The translations under genes and the position numbers were made by a program. From positions 1 to 46,651 of the forward strand of contig CAYIWL010000001.1 in assembly GCA_964367085.1 (NCBI GenBank): DNA of 46,651 bases. Direction: 5' to 3'. The notes beneath the pieces were generated by a model. That model ran no database searches and was not told the origin of the DNA. It worked only from the letters and a program-made list of their open reading frames with translations. This document shows, piece by piece, positions 26,158 to 37,000 of this stretch; within the stretch, counting starts at the first letter, position 1, and each line of letters begins with the position of its first letter. The stretch is from Candidatus Woesearchaeota archaeon. GTDB lineage: Archaea > Nanobdellota > Nanobdellia > SCGC-AAA011-G17 > ARS1403.

Positions 26158-26754
26158 ATGAATTTGAAAAAGAAGATTAGGAAATCTGCTTTGGTTGCTG
26201 CGATGGCCGCTGCCCTTATTGCCGGAACACCTCATCCATCTTTTTCTGAGCTGAGCAAAAGCGATCGGATTAAGGTCACTGAGATAGAGAGAAGAGACCC
26301 AGAGAAATACAAATACCTTGTAGAGAAATCCAAAAGCATTGAATCCATGTTTGAAGCAGTTGAAGGCAGTCTTAAAAAACTGGAAAAGAAAAAAAGCAAA
26401 TCTGTTTTAAATAGTTATAATGCATTTGTTTCTCTATTTGATGACTTGAAAGTCCTTGATAAAACTGTTTACTTTTCTATGAGGGAATTAAGGTTTAAAA
26501 CCGGGCTTAGACTGGAAGATTCAGAAGATAAACTGGAAGAGCTTTATGGTAGTGTTTTTGATCTTATGATTGAGTATGGAGGATTCTGCCATAAGGAATG
26601 GGAAAAGAAAACAAATTTAACTGAGTCTGAAAGAAATATGGCACATAAACTAATAGATCTTCTTGAGGAATACAAAGAAAAAAGAAGTGCCAAGAATCTT
26701 GCTAAACATTTGAAAGCCCTATTGGCTGAGAATGTTAGTAGAAGATTTCCTTGA
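26158..26754 (+). CDS. Secreted helical protein, hypothetical
   Basis: It has a signal peptide (KKKIRKSALVAAMAAALIAGTPHPSFS). The TATA-like TTTAAATA at 26127-26134 is 31 nt upstream of ATG 26158. Confidence 0.45.
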   Translation: MNLKKKIRKSALVAAMAAALIAGTPHPSFSELSKSDRIKVTEIERRDPEKYKYLVEKSKSIESMFEAVEGSLKKLEKKKSKSVLNSYNAFVSLFDDLKVLDKTVYFSMRELRFKTGLRLEDSEDKLEELYGSVFDLMIEYGGFCHKEWEKKTNLTESERNMAHKLIDLLEEYKEKRSAKNLAKHLKALLAENVSRRFP

Positions 26755-26794
26755 TCTCGGAAGTTTTATAAATTAAATACATGTACGTGTATGT

Positions 26795-27019
26795 ATGGCA
26801 ACTAAAACTATATCCATTACTGAAGAGGCTTATGACCGGCTGAATTTTAAAAAAGCAAAGAATGAAAGCTTTAGTGAAGTTATTAACAGGCTTACGAATA
26901 AAGTAAACATATTGGATTTTGCTGGAATTTTAAGCAAAGAAGAGTGGAAAAAACTAGAAGAAAATGTAAAAAAATCCAGATTATTGAGCCGGAAGAGATT
27001 ATCGAGGATTACATTATGA
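26795..27019 (+). CDS. vapB: VapB-type antitoxin (DUF217/COG1753-like)
   Basis: Motifs are KTISITEEAYDRLNFKKAKNESFSEVINRL and an ATGA overlap with the PIN gene. Confidence 0.65.
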   Translation: MATKTISITEEAYDRLNFKKAKNESFSEVINRLTNKVNILDFAGILSKEEWKKLEENVKKSRLLSRKRLSRITL

Positions 27020-27405
27020 TATTGGATACCACGGCGATTATTGATTTAATTAGAGGAGACAAAAATATCGAAGAGAAAATTAAATACTTAAATGAAGACA
27101 ATGTTGCTTTCTTATTTACTTCTATCTCAGTTTTTGAAATCTGGCAGGGTGCTGAAGATATTAATAATGAGAAAAAACTGGAAAAAATTCACTTTTTTCT
27201 GAATTCTTTTGGCTCTTTTGGCTTTGATATTCCCTCTGCAGAAGAGGCAGGGTCTATTCATGCAAAACTAAAACTTGAAGGAGAAATTATTGATCCAGAA
27301 GACAGCATGATTGCGGGCATTGCCAAAACTAATAATGAAACTGTTTTGACCAAAAATATAAAGCACTTTTCCAGAATCCCTGGATTGAAAGTTGAATCTT
27401 ATTGA
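27016..27405 (+). CDS. vapC: PIN-domain toxin (VapC-like)
   Basis: The N-terminus MILDTTAIIDLIRGD is PIN-like, with later SISVFEI and PEDSMIAGIA motifs. The start was moved to ATG 27016. Confidence 0.7.
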   Translation: MILDTTAIIDLIRGDKNIEEKIKYLNEDNVAFLFTSISVFEIWQGAEDINNEKKLEKIHFFLNSFGSFGFDIPSAEEAGSIHAKLKLEGEIIDPEDSMIAGIAKTNNETVLTKNIKHFSRIPGLKVESY

Positions 27406-27408
27406 GTT

Positions 27409-27969
27409 TTAAATTAAAACTTTTTTTGTTTTTATGTTTTTAGTTATTTTTTTTATTTCTTCTAAGAATATATTTTCATATTCTGGTTGAATTTCTATTA
27501 ATCCAGGATTAAGCAAACCCCCTCCATATTTTTTAATCAATCCATACTTTCCTTTTTTCCCTTTTAAAGTGTAATGAAGTTTTACTTTTTCTTTTTTCTC
27601 TAGGTTTTTTAATTCATAAGATATTTGAATTTTTGGAGTTAACCCGAAAATCTTGGAAAAATAATCTTTTGTGATTAAACTTTTCCCGTAAAATAAAATA
27701 TTTTCTCTTGTAAAGTTTCCTTCATGAAAGAACGAATAAAGGTCAAAAGCATTTATATGAATAGGAAGTTCTGATTCTTTTTTTAGCTGGTTTTTAATTT
27801 CCTGAGATTGATTTAATTGTTTCTTTAATGGGATTTTCTGGAATATTACGGCTATGTCTACATCATTTGGAGTCGTTCCTTCTATCATGGAAGATCCAAA
27901 CTGGACCATATCCAGCACGTCTTTGTTATAATCTAATTTTAGTTTTTTCTGCCATAGTTTGTACGTCAT
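27409..27969 (-). CDS. Pol-beta-superfamily nucleotidyltransferase-domain protein
   Basis: The core motif is VQFGSSMIEGTTPNDVDIAVIF (the GS...DxD nucleotidyltransferase core). Confidence 0.55.
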   Translation of the reverse strand: MTYKLWQKKLKLDYNKDVLDMVQFGSSMIEGTTPNDVDIAVIFQKIPLKKQLNQSQEIKNQLKKESELPIHINAFDLYSFFHEGNFTRENILFYGKSLITKDYFSKIFGLTPKIQISYELKNLEKKEKVKLHYTLKGKKGKYGLIKKYGGGLLNPGLIEIQPEYENIFLEEIKKITKNIKTKKVLI

Positions 27970-28074
27970 ACTTGGTAAGAAAACTTTTTGTTGTTTATTA
28001 ATTTTTCTTATCAGGTAAGAAGAGTAAATTTAAATAGAACTTTATCTTCCTAAAATAAGTTAGCTAAATTAAAT

Positions 28075-28119
28075 TAATAAGCTTAATAAGCTTAATAAGC
28101 TAGATAAGCTTAGTAAGCT
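28075..28119. repeat. Five tandem 9-bp units (TAATAAGCT x3, AGATAAGCT, TAGTAAGCT) with degenerate TAAG-containing flanks
   Basis: Read directly. Further related units occur at 28056-28063 (TAAGTTAG) and 28120-28134. The array ends 18 nt before ATG 28138. Confidence 0.85.
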
Positions 28120-28137
28120 AACTTAGGTAAGTTATTA

Positions 28138-28275
28138 ATGACGAGAGTAAACATAGAAATTGTGGATGAGCTGCACAAGAAGGCTAAGCTAGCTGCTGTT
28201 CTGGAAAATAAAACCTTGATAGAATTCATTAATGAAGCTGTTAAGGAAAAGGTTGAAAGAGGGAAGAAGAAATGA
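28138..28275 (+). CDS. Ribbon-helix-helix (CopG/Arc-like) small protein, 45 aa, absent from the ORF track
   Basis: Hand translation gives MTRVNIEIVDELHKKAKLAAVLENKTLIEFINEAVKEKVERGKKK, which fits a beta-strand plus two helices. It forms an ATGA overlap with 28272. Confidence 0.55.
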   Translation: MTRVNIEIVDELHKKAKLAAVLENKTLIEFINEAVKEKVERGKKK

Positions 28276-29072
28276 TTGAACCATTTAGAAAAGCGTTCGC
28301 GGAAAGAGGGATTGGGAAAAGAGGAGTGAGCATGATTTTTGTCATTGCTGGGATTGCTGTTGTTGTAATCGCTGCTTTAGTTGTATTCTTTACAAGCGAA
28401 GATGTGCAAGTTGGAAGGAGGATAAGCAGTACACAGGTTGAGAGCGTAAGAGAATATGTTGGAGGATGTATTAACGAACAATTAATAGAAAAGTTAAATG
28501 AGAGAAGGATGTATGGCGGGAGAAGCAGTCTTGACTTTAGGCCTTCTAACAATCGGAATCATCCATTTTATAATTATAATGTTTTGAATAAGCCTACGGA
28601 TAATCTTCTAGATATTAACATTATAGGACGAGAAATTGCTAGTGACATTGAGGATTATATTAAAAACGATGGTTGTTCTTTAGATATTTTTAAAGATAAT
28701 TTCGAGATTGAGGAGCGAAAAGATTTTGTTCATGCTGAAGTTGATATATCTGATGATTTTGTTGTTTTAGGTGTTAATTACCCTGTCATTGTTAAGAAAG
28801 GTGGATCTGAAATAAAATTTGAGGCTTATGACATTACGTTGGAAGATAATTTTGGAGGGGTTTATGGTCTTGTGAGAGGCATTTTAAATGGATTTGCTGG
28901 AGGCAGTACCGATGATATATCTGATTATTGCTTTAATTATCGCGATTTGTTCTGTTTTTCAGATCCTAGAAATGATTTTACTTTGATTAAGATAGTGAAT
29001 ATAAAAGATCTCCCCTCTCCTGGGAATGTAGTTGATCCTGGATTGGAGTTTTCGTTTGTTGTTTCAAGATGA
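28272..29072 (+). CDS. Pilin-like protein with a class III-type signal peptide, paralog of 43852..45837
   Basis: The N-terminus is FAERGIGKRG-VSMIFVIAGIAVVVIAALVVF. The downstream regions also align with 43852 (REYVGGCINEQL versus VSYTNNCIEKI, GG, a conserved Cys, and V.V.I.DD blocks). Confidence 0.55.
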   Translation: MIEPFRKAFAERGIGKRGVSMIFVIAGIAVVVIAALVVFFTSEDVQVGRRISSTQVESVREYVGGCINEQLIEKLNERRMYGGRSSLDFRPSNNRNHPFYNYNVLNKPTDNLLDINIIGREIASDIEDYIKNDGCSLDIFKDNFEIEERKDFVHAEVDISDDFVVLGVNYPVIVKKGGSEIKFEAYDITLEDNFGGVYGLVRGILNGFAGGSTDDISDYCFNYRDLFCFSDPRNDFTLIKIVNIKDLPSPGNVVDPGLEFSFVVSR

Positions 29073-31063
29073 AAAAATTAATAATGTTCGGACTCTTTGT
29101 AGTTTTGGTTAGTTTGTTCAGCCCTTTTGTTAGTTCTCAATCTACTGGTTTTTGCTGCTTAGAAAAAAGTGGCTATTGCAGTCCAAATAAAGCAGAAAAT
29201 GATTGTAAAGACTCTGGCGGAATAATCCAGGGAGTTGGTGCTTGTTATGATGCGAATGGCATCTCTCCTTATAACTCATGCAGTTTAAGTGCATGTACAT
29301 TTTTTAATGGAAAGTGTAGTATCCAGTCTGTTGCCCGTTGTGAATCCGTATTAAAAGGGACTGTTAACACCGAACTCACTGCTGAGCAATGTAGCGAGAT
29401 GAATATTCCTGTTAACGTTGGAGGATGTTGTATTTCTTCAGATGAAAGTTGTGGCATTTCTTCAAGGAATCAATGTGATGGGAATTTTTTTGAAAAGAAC
29501 TGCAACCAAGTTTCGGAATGTCAAGAGAAAGGTGGGGAAGTGAGAGAAGGATGTAGTGAAGATGGTAGAAAAGTGATTAAGACGAACCAGTTTGGCATTC
29601 GAGAAATTGAAGAGCTTCCTGAAGATGAAGCATGTGTGATTGAGGATGGTAAAATCAAAAGAAAATCAACTTCTTGTAAAGTCGGAGAAAAAACTAAAGT
29701 CATTACATTTAATCTAGACTCTGGGCAGTCGTTGTTTAAGGAAGAGCCTATTATAGAGAAAATGCTTGGTGCTTTTAAAGGAGAAGGAGTAAATGAAAGA
29801 AAGAATGGAGAGAGTTGGTGCATTGTCTATGGAAGTAGTGATGGGGTTAATTGGGACTTGTATCCTAAATCTGCTTTGGAAGAGGATGACGATTTAAGAA
29901 TAAAATATTCTGCTGGACAAAGACATTATATTTATACTTGCAAAAATGGAGATGTAACTCCTGAGCCAGGAGACTTGTTTAGAGGTAATGGGGGGGTTTG
30001 TTTTCAGAATGATGAGATAAGATATTATTTAATTGGAACCCCCGATGAATGGGCTGCCACTTGTGATTATAAAGAATTTGGATATGGGTATGGCAGTGAT
30101 AATGATAAAAAATCTATGGAAGAAAAGATTAGATATTCTACTGCGGTAGTTTCAGGACATAGAGTTAGACAAAAGAAAGAGGTTAATTCTGGAATTATCA
30201 ATTATCAGAATGGTTTTAGCCAGGCTAAATTAGTTGATAATTATGAATTCACTAATGGATGTAAGAAGGAAGATAAAAAACCAAGATATCCTGTTGGTAA
30301 CCAATTTTATGATGTAGCAGTTACTCCTGTTAATGCTCCTACAGTAAAATGTGGGCAGTGTGGAGAGGGATTTTGGAATAGATGCGGAAGTAAGGAATGT
30401 TATAAGCTTGGAGATTGCAGTTATGGAGGAAGAGAACTTTGGAGAGGGGTTTTTGGAGGGATTATTCCAGACTGTGTTAAAGGAGCAATTATTGCTGAAG
30501 TTGCTTACTTAACTGCTGGCAGTGCGGGATTGCATGATTTCGGCGGATGGGGAAGTGTTCTTGAGGGTGGGGGGGCTGGTGCTGGGTCTGGTGCTGGTTT
30601 ACCTACTGTCCCTACAGGACCTCCAGCAGTATCTCCCTCAACAACTCCTTTCGTTCCGTTGGAAGAAAGTGGATCTGTTGCTGGGAATGTTGCTCAAAGT
30701 GCTGCACAGAAAGCTAGTGAACAGGCTGCGTATATCGTTGTTAAAGAAGGAGGACAGTCTACTGCACAAAAAGTCACGAATTATCTTATTGTTGCAGGTA
30801 CTGCCAATAACCTTGTAAGGGCAACTTTTGATAATGACAGAAATATTAGAGATGCTCCTTCTGTTGATGCTAATGTTGTTGGCAATATAAATGGCGGAGT
30901 GGGTGTTGACATTACGGAAACTACGTCGGATAATAATGGAAATATTTGGGGCAAAACGGCTGATGGGAGATTTGTTATGCTAAACTCCCCTGATGGTACA
31001 AATCCTGCTAGACTAACACGTGTGCAGAATACTTTGTCTCCGGAGGATATAGAGACGGAATAG
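29069..31063 (+). CDS. Cys-rich secreted protein with a Gly/Pro-rich linker and an SH3b-like C-terminal domain
   Basis: It has a signal peptide (LIMFGLFVVLVSLFSPFVSSQS) and many Cys in the first 470 aa. A hydrophobic/Gly-rich stretch and a PTVPTGPPAVSPSTTP linker lie at about 30480-30660. The segment NLVRATFDNDRNIRDAPSVDANVVGNINGGVGVDI...GNIWGKTADGRFVML (about 30808-31010) is SH3_3-like. Confidence 0.55.
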   Translation: MKKLIMFGLFVVLVSLFSPFVSSQSTGFCCLEKSGYCSPNKAENDCKDSGGIIQGVGACYDANGISPYNSCSLSACTFFNGKCSIQSVARCESVLKGTVNTELTAEQCSEMNIPVNVGGCCISSDESCGISSRNQCDGNFFEKNCNQVSECQEKGGEVREGCSEDGRKVIKTNQFGIREIEELPEDEACVIEDGKIKRKSTSCKVGEKTKVITFNLDSGQSLFKEEPIIEKMLGAFKGEGVNERKNGESWCIVYGSSDGVNWDLYPKSALEEDDDLRIKYSAGQRHYIYTCKNGDVTPEPGDLFRGNGGVCFQNDEIRYYLIGTPDEWAATCDYKEFGYGYGSDNDKKSMEEKIRYSTAVVSGHRVRQKKEVNSGIINYQNGFSQAKLVDNYEFTNGCKKEDKKPRYPVGNQFYDVAVTPVNAPTVKCGQCGEGFWNRCGSKECYKLGDCSYGGRELWRGVFGGIIPDCVKGAIIAEVAYLTAGSAGLHDFGGWGSVLEGGGAGAGSGAGLPTVPTGPPAVSPSTTPFVPLEESGSVAGNVAQSAAQKASEQAAYIVVKEGGQSTAQKVTNYLIVAGTANNLVRATFDNDRNIRDAPSVDANVVGNINGGVGVDITETTSDNNGNIWGKTADGRFVMLNSPDGTNPARLTRVQNTLSPEDIETE

Positions 31064-31069
31064 GAAAAT

Positions 31070-34000
31070 ATGAAAAGATTTAATTTAAAATTGATCTGCA
31101 TTTTGATTTTAATAGTCTTAAGTAGCTTTATTAGTATTCATAATGTTTATAGTTATGCTGGTGTTGATGATGCTATTGTTCTTGGAATCGGGTGCATTGG
31201 CGGAATGTTTTTTAGTGGTGGAAGTTGTAGGTTATATCAGCCACCTAAACAAAATTATGATTGTGGAGTTTGCAATGATAAAGATAAATTTCTATTTGGC
31301 AAATGTACTGAATATCAATGCAGGGCTATTGGAAGAGACTGTGTTTTTGTCCCTAGCCTAAAGGATTCGAGTGAAGGTTTCTGCCTTAATAAAAGAGAGC
31401 AGGCTTTGGTCGAGAATGAAATAGTTTCTTGTGGTGTTTTGGATATAGCGACTATGAGGATTAAAGAAGATGTTAGAAATATTTATGATGATTCAGTCAG
31501 TTCAGAATCTCAAAGTGACCAGAGTGATGGTTCGGCTCCTCCCGACATTACAGGAAACGCTCTAAATCCGGGGGGTAGAACAAGAAGTGTTGCTGCATCT
31601 GAAAACAGGGTTTTGAAAGGTTGCGATTTGGGTGATTTAGCAATAAATAAATTGTATGGGTTTATACTTACTACGAACAGGCCAGTTGAATGCAGGTTTA
31701 GTACGGTCCCTAGAAAAGAGGATCTGTTTACAGTAGATTTGTTCGATGGTGTCACAGAAGGGATGTCTGATGAGGAAGCTTATAGGATAATCTTAGAAAA
31801 TGTAGGTAATAGTAAGGTGAAGTTATTTACTGAGTTTCCTAATGGCGTAGATCATTTATGGCCTATTCATTTTAATGTTGCCGAATGGACTTCAGATAAT
31901 ATTAAGGAATGTAATGATGGGGGTTGTACTTTTTATGCTAGATGTGCTGATTTTGATGGGAGCAATGTCATGGAGGAAGATTTCATATTTACCTTCAACA
32001 TAGTTGATCCTGTTGATGACACTGAAGGCCCTAAGATTATTGACTTCAATCCTGAAAACAGCAATGGTCTACAAAGATATACATTGCCTTTAAGTGCTAA
32101 TGGAAATTTAAATGTTGAATTTCGTGTTTCTGATGAAACTGGAATTAAGGAATGTAGGTATAGCAGGAACGATGGAGGATATGGACAAATGACTTTGATT
32201 AATGACTGTAAACCTAATACGGATGATACTTCGCAATTTATCCAGCAATGCAATGTTGCTTTGAGTGAGGTTAGAGAAGGAGATAATTTATTTTATTTCA
32301 ATTGCATGGACACTGATGAAAAAGAGAACATTAATCCTACGAATTATGTCTATAATGTTGTAGGAGCAAGCAGTTTGTCTTTACAGGTTAAATCTCCTTT
32401 GGATGGGAGCACAATTGATGGAGTTAGTGATATATTAGAAGTTGTGACTTCTGGTGGTACTGATGGAACTGCTGTTTGCAAATATAGTTATTCTAGAATC
32501 GGTGGCGGGATTTCTGGTACTAATCTTGTTTTTGCTTCAGATACTCCTGGTTCTGAGGATAAACGAGAACACAAACAAGAAATTAATTTCTTAACCGAAG
32601 ATGCTGATTATATCTTAATTGTTGATTGTGAAGATTTACATGATAACCAAAATAAAGCCAGTGCAACTGTAAACTTTAAATTTGAGAAATATGTTGCTCC
32701 TCCTGAAGGCGCTGTTGTTTGCGAAGTGGATAATACGTGTCCTTTATGCAGCAAGGATAAATATTGTGCTGAGCTTGAGGGAGAAAAATATCTGTGCAAT
32801 CCTACTACGGATGTAAGACAGAGTTGCACTAATGGAGTTTGCTCTGCTGCAAATTGCCCTAGCACAACTAAAACTTATGGAGCATCTTATTGTTCATTAG
32901 ACCCAACTCCATTATGCTTGAGTGATCAGGATAACGATGAAATCGAGGATGCTTTAGACTGCAATGATAAGGATACTCAAACTGGCAGAACAATTGGACA
33001 GTGTATAGAAGCTTTATGTGAAACCTGTTCTGAAAATTCTGAAAGTGCTGCCAATGATGGGAATTGTGTTAAGAAAAGAGGTTGTGTTATTGATTGCAAT
33101 AATAACTACTTTGACCAGAATCAAGCTATATGCTTAAGCGCTAAAGATAATGGATGCAAGTGGAGTGGAGATGAAAATAAATGCGGATATGATTGTGCTG
33201 AAGGATATAATGATGATGATAGTAATTCTGTTTGCGTTCCCGAAGGCATTGTTGAGATTAAAGGAGAATTACCAGTTGGTTGCGAACTAAGCGAAGTTAA
33301 ATGGTATGATCTGGAAAATGGTAGGCCCTATTCTAATGCAGTTTCTGTAGATGAAGATACTGAGATTGCTTTGAAAGTTAGAGGTAATGAGCAATGTAAA
33401 GATGCAGATATTGAAATTGATTTATATGATTACGAAGAATTTTTGGGAGAGAGTGTTTATGAGCAGATTACCTTTATGGGTTTCCCGAAAGTATTGAAAT
33501 TAGATGAAAGAAGTGCGGGGGGAGGGTATTACAAAGTTGCGCTATTGACCTTGCCTTGGCAGGGAGATGCAAATGAAGAATATGAAGACGAAGATCCAGA
33601 ATTAGTTGCTGCGTTTGGTGATGTATTCAGCGCTTCTTCAAATGAGAAAACTCAGTTAATAAAGATAAATAAGATAACCACCCCTCCGGGTGCAAAAGCT
33701 GGAGATGCTTGTGAAACTGCTGATCAATGCGATGGAGTGTACGGTCCTGCTGGGGCTTTAGGTTTGACTTGTGTTAAAACTGAACAGAAATGTCCAACTA
33801 CCACTCCTCCGCCAAATCCTGTTCTTTGCGGAAATAATAATTTAGATGAAGGAGAGAGTTGCGATGGAAGCTTGCGGGATGGAAAAACTTGCGACGACTT
33901 TGATAATCAAGTGGGAACTTTACAATGTGCAAGTGATTGTAATGGATTTGATACAAGCTCTTGTAGAAATCCTGATCAACCAAGCCCTGGTGGAGGCTGT

Positions 34001-37000
34001 ACTGTAAAATTTGGAGATGTTGTTTGTCCTGGAATTTACGGCTATGAAGGCCAAAATCTTAAATGCTTTGATAAAGGTGATAATTGTCCTGCTGTAACAA
34101 CTGGCCAACCTCCCGGTGGCGGCGGGGTACCTGGAACTGGCACATTAAACATTGGAGAGATATCTTCTTTAAAAGGGAATATTGTGATAATTACTAATAA
34201 AGATGCTGAGTGTGAAGTCTATAACAGTAGGTCTTATGTTAGTTCAGCTAAAATAGGCAACATGCATAAAGAACCTATTGGAAGCAACACCCATCATTCA
34301 TATTCTTACGATGTTGTCGGTACTTATGATACGTGGTGGGTTAAATGTACAGCTGGTAGCGAAGTGGCTGATAAAAAAGTTCCAACATTTACTGTTACTT
34401 CTGGAGATACAAATGGCAACAATGTTCCTTTAAGAATTGACAGAGTGTTTGTTACTGAAGATAAAGAAGTAGTTGTATGGACTTCTGGTGGTAGAGGGAA
34501 TGATGGAAGTGCTGATTGTGCAGTTTATAGTAGTGGTGCATTTACTTCTAAAATTGCGGATATGACCTCTTTTGACTTAGGAGATGTTGATACTCATAGT
34601 TATAGTCATAATACTCCCGGAACTTATAACGGATGGTATGTCAGATGTGAAGATAATGGCGATGTGAAAACTCAGGTTGTTCCTAGCTTTACCATTGTTG
34701 AGGGTCATGATAATGACCGTGATAATGATGGAAAATTAAATACCGAGGATAATTGTTCTGATATTGCCAACGCTGATCAAAAAGACTCTGACAATGACGG
34801 GGTGGGAGATATCTGCGATACTGGAGAAGATCTGACTCTACCCGTTGTAAATATAATTGCTCCTATTGATGGTGCTGAATTAAGACAAAGTGATATTAGT
34901 GTTAATGCCGAGTTTAGCGATGAGACCATAACTAATTGCGAGGCTAAATTAGATCTTGGAAGATTTATAGCAATGGATGATGACAATAGGAATAATGGTA
35001 TTGCTTCTTATTCATTTGCAGAGGTTAATGTTGGACAACATACTATCCAAGTTTGGTGCAGAGATAGTAGCGGAAAAATTGGAAAGGATGAAGTAACATT
35101 TATGGTAATAAGTAGGGATCCCGGTACAGATAATAATCCTCCTACAATTGAGATAGAATCTCCACAGGATAATGCAGTATTAAGACAAAATTATGTTGAT
35201 GTTAGTGTCAGATTTAGCGATGAGACCAATACTGAATGCTCTGCAAGACTAGATTTTGGAACTTTTACAAAGATGAATGGAGGAGGGACAACCAGTGGCA
35301 TTGCAACACATAAATTTACCAATCTGCAAGTTAGAGAGCAACCTTATGGCCTTTCGGTAAGGTGCGTTGATGGAAATAATAATCCTGTTGAGAGAAGCGT
35401 AAGATTTGCTGTTGAAAACGATAATCCTAATAGCGATCATAATAACCCCGTCGTTGAAATTCAATCACCTTTGAACAATGTAGAGTTAGAAGAAGGTGAT
35501 GTTGAAGTTATTGTTGCATTTTCTGATGAAACAACAACGACATGTACTTTAAGACTTGATTCTGGAAGAGTATTACAGATGCTTGATGATGGACTGACAA
35601 GCGGAGTTGCATATTATAAACTGCTTGGTATGAAGGCTAGACAAAATCCTTATAATTTGTTAGCAGAGTGTAAAGATAGCAATAATAATATCGGAAGAGA
35701 TAGCATTAATTTTGTTGTGAGGAAAGAAGGAAGTGGAACTGAACCAGAAGAAAACTCCATTGACGTCTTTATTGACTTACCAAGGCAAACAGACAGATTT
35801 TCTGTTGGGGATAGCTTGTTATTGAGTGTGAGGAGTAGTGAAAGAGCCGATTGCAGATATATCGATTATAATTTAAGAGAAACTAAACCGGTTTATGATG
35901 ATATGATTGCCTTGAATTCTGTAGATAGTTCAGGAAAGAATCATGCTTTAAGGATAATTTATTCTGGAGATAAAGAAGGATTTTATGTGATGTGCAAGAA
36001 TGATGCAGGATCAGGGTATAATTTTGTTGAGGTGATTAGAAAAGCAGATGATGTTGATAAGCCATTGGGGATAAAAACTGTGAGTTCTGCAAGGGGCAGG
36101 ATTGTTGTTGAGACTATTGGCGGCAAATCAGATGATGGAAGTGCAAGTTGCAGCGTCTATAACAGCATTTCTATGATAGATTCAAATAAAGTTAGTGATT
36201 TAAGGAGCTCTGTGTTAAATGCAAAAACTTTTGCTCATGCATATACCCATACAACTCCTGGAACTTATAATGGGTGGTATGTGAGATGCGCTGATGATGA
36301 AGATGCGAGAGATATCCAATCAATGTCGATCGATGAGTTTACTGTTACTCCTGGCGGCGTTATTGTGGCAGATAAACCTTTGGAAATTGATAATCTAAAC
36401 TCTGATAGGGGGAACATTATTGCTATAACTAGTGGTGGCGGGGATGATGATGGAAGCGCCGATTGTGACTTGTTTGACCATATCAATTTGAGAAATAAAA
36501 TTATTGATTTGGAGTCGGTTAATTTAGGAAGAACTTTTGCTCATACTTACATTCATATAACTCCTGGAACTTATAGTGGATGGTATGTGAGATGCGCTGA
36601 TGATGAGAATGCAGATAGGATTAGAGGAAGAACTGTTCCTACTTTTACAGTAAGAGAAGGTGATGTTCCTGGAGAAATGATAGATGTGAGGATAACATCT
36701 CCATTATCAAATGCTGAGTTTAGCTCTGGTGAAAATGTCTTGCTGAGTGTTTCAACTAATGAAGCTGTTGACTGCAGGTATTCTTCTTACACTCTTGGCG
36801 GAGGGGAATTGCCTAATTATGATAATATGGAAATATTGAATCCTTCTACACAAGCTAAAACAATTCATGCAAAACAAATTGTTTATTCTGATGATAATGG
36901 ATATTATGTGAAGTGTGTTAATAATCTTAAATCTGGGGATAAGTTCGTTGTTGTAAAGAAAAAAACTGGGCAGGAAGAATGTCCTTATGACTGCAGCAGA

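Noticed and set aside
28075-28119. I considered whether the short tandem repeat arrays at 3481, 28075 and 43662 could be CRISPR arrays.
   Set aside because: The units are 8-9 bp and directly abutting, with no spacers. They are far below CRISPR repeat length, and no cas genes are nearby.
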